From Vicugna vicugna (lineage: Eukaryota), in the NCBI GenBank assembly GCA_013265495.1, contig MU058221.1, positions 2,232,001 to 2,296,000 of the forward strand: DNA of 64,000 bases, in the 5' to 3' direction. Made by a program: the position numbers and the translations under genes. The notes below the pieces were generated by a model, which worked only from the letters and a program-made list of their open reading frames with translations, had not been told where the DNA came from and ran no database searches. How positions within the stretch are numbered: the stretch's first letter is position 1; each line of letters opens with the position of its first letter. Below are positions 62,400 to 64,000 of the stretch, one piece after another.

Positions 62400-64000
62400 T
62401 CACTTACTTATTCTTTCAACAAATACTTTTAGCACCGTGACCAGCACAGTTCATAATCAAAGCCCCTGCTCTCGGATAGCTTACATTCGTTAAACCAATC
62501 TTGTTACCTGCAGCTTGTCATGTAAGTCTTCTGAGAGCAAAGGGACCACAGGACATTTGTCCTCATGCACTAACGTGCTCACAGTGGAGCTTAAGAAATT
62601 TCAACTCAGCAGATTGTCTAGAGTAGAGTGCGTTGGGGAGACAAGGCAGGTAGGGCACTGCTGTAACCCAGGCGAGAGGTGACGTGGGCCTGGAGAAGGC
62701 CAAGGCCGGGGAAATTATGAGAAGGATGGATATTAGAATATTTATGGATGGAGAATCCTTGGTTCGTGGCCACTGGTGTGGATGTGGGGAGCAAAAGTGG
62801 AGGGGCCTCAGCAGTGACTGTGCAGTTTTAAGTTTAGAGAACTGGGTGTCCGAAGTTCCCTTTAAGAACATATTTTGGAGAACTGTGGGAAATGGCAAAA
62901 AAGATTTCTCTGCAGTCATATTGACATAGAAGCATCACATAATTAGCGAGACACAGCTTTATCACGGCACACTGGTCTGTAGCGCTGTTTGAAGGCATTA
63001 AATGAGTGTTTGCTGTTTCTGACAATGCAAAGAGCCTTTGATGCAAAGGTGAATTCATATCTGCTGGGGGTGGTGGGAGATGATGAAAAACAAATGAGCA
63101 AACAAAACAGCGATCACTGCAGAAATCTAGAATTAATAGAGCTAACTCTTAATATTTAGGGACAGCATTTTAAAAAGCTCTTTCTGTTTGCAATTTCTGA
63201 TAGTTTTTGCCTCGTTCTGTTTGGCCTCCGCTGCAAGCCACTTCATCCCAATTAACGTTCCCTTCAGAGTGGTAATTACTGTATTATCAATGCAATAGAT
63301 AGGGATAAAGAGACAAGCCTTTCTGTTTCCCCAAAGCTCAAGGTCACAAATCCATGGAGGGGTGGGGGGGGAGTGGGGGCAGGGGGTGAGGGGAGGCTGA
63401 CGGGTGACCTTGAGTTCTCCAGGAGAACGAGCAGTGCTCATTCTCAGTGGGGACCCTCTTGACTGCAGCTCCCTTCCTGCTGAGGCATTTGTGGCAAATT
63501 GTAGAAAGAGAACCTCCGCAGAAGGGAGAAGGGGTGTGTGGTGGGGAGGGGCGGTGAGTCGGCCGCTAACGTAGGTGTGCCAGCTGAGGTTCCGGCAGGT
63601 CCCCGCAGTGCTCCCATCCACACGTGGGCAGCTGCCACCCGGGCTCACGGTGCGTGCTTCCAGCCGAAAAGGGAACGGCGCTTCCGGAGAGGACCTAAAT
63701 GTCGTATCCCAGAAGACCGTAGCCAGAGCACTGCCTTTGCACCTGGCATGAGCTCCGTGTCTTGGTCTGAACTTTTTCCTGTTTACACGGCTTCCTTTTG
63801 CATGTGTGTTTATGTGTAGAGAGGATGTCGACGGTCAGTCGGTGGTGGTGCTTCGTCCCCAGAGTCTGCATCACACCGTGGACCTTGGCATTAGTCATCA
63901 CTGCCCCTCCAGCCGGCCAAGTACTCAGTGAAGGTTCCCTAAATGAAGTACCCCTCTGAGGTTGTGGCCCAACCTCAGGATAGTTTTTCTTCCTCTCTCT

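Noticed and set aside
1..64000. Six-frame ORFs (60-240 aa) as protein-coding genes
   Set aside because: None resembles a known protein except the L1 ORF2 remnant. The longest (5753, 25022, 46656, 48381) run through LTRs or GC-rich sequence, and many start at non-ATG codons.

Overview
Mammalian non-coding genomic DNA (intergenic or deep intronic). It is most likely camelid: there is a Vic-1-like tRNA-derived SINE, and the L1 3' ends are of artiodactyl/camelid type. I cannot support any protein-coding gene, RNA gene or prokaryotic-type system. The only ORFs with recognisable protein similarity are a frameshifted LINE-1 ORF2 C-terminus (53601-53973). The window is rich in interspersed repeats: about 15 LTRs (several solo LTRs with readable target-site duplications, TSDs), about 9 5'-truncated L1 3' ends, L2/MIR/L3 relics and hAT DNA transposons (MER20, MER53). 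There is a CpG island at about 36.0-37.0 kb. The most notable unexplained structure is a ~285-bp inverted duplication (~81% identity, 935-bp spacer) at 47.5-49.0 kb that matches no repeat family I recognise. Other points of interest are a CpG-rich solo LTR with tandem octamer/CCAAT enhancer units next to an exon-like segment (30.7-31.3 kb), several ultra-short retro-insertions with TSDs, and a possible 5-nt microexon. Repeat family names come from recalled consensus sequences, not a database search. Boundaries without TSDs are approximate.
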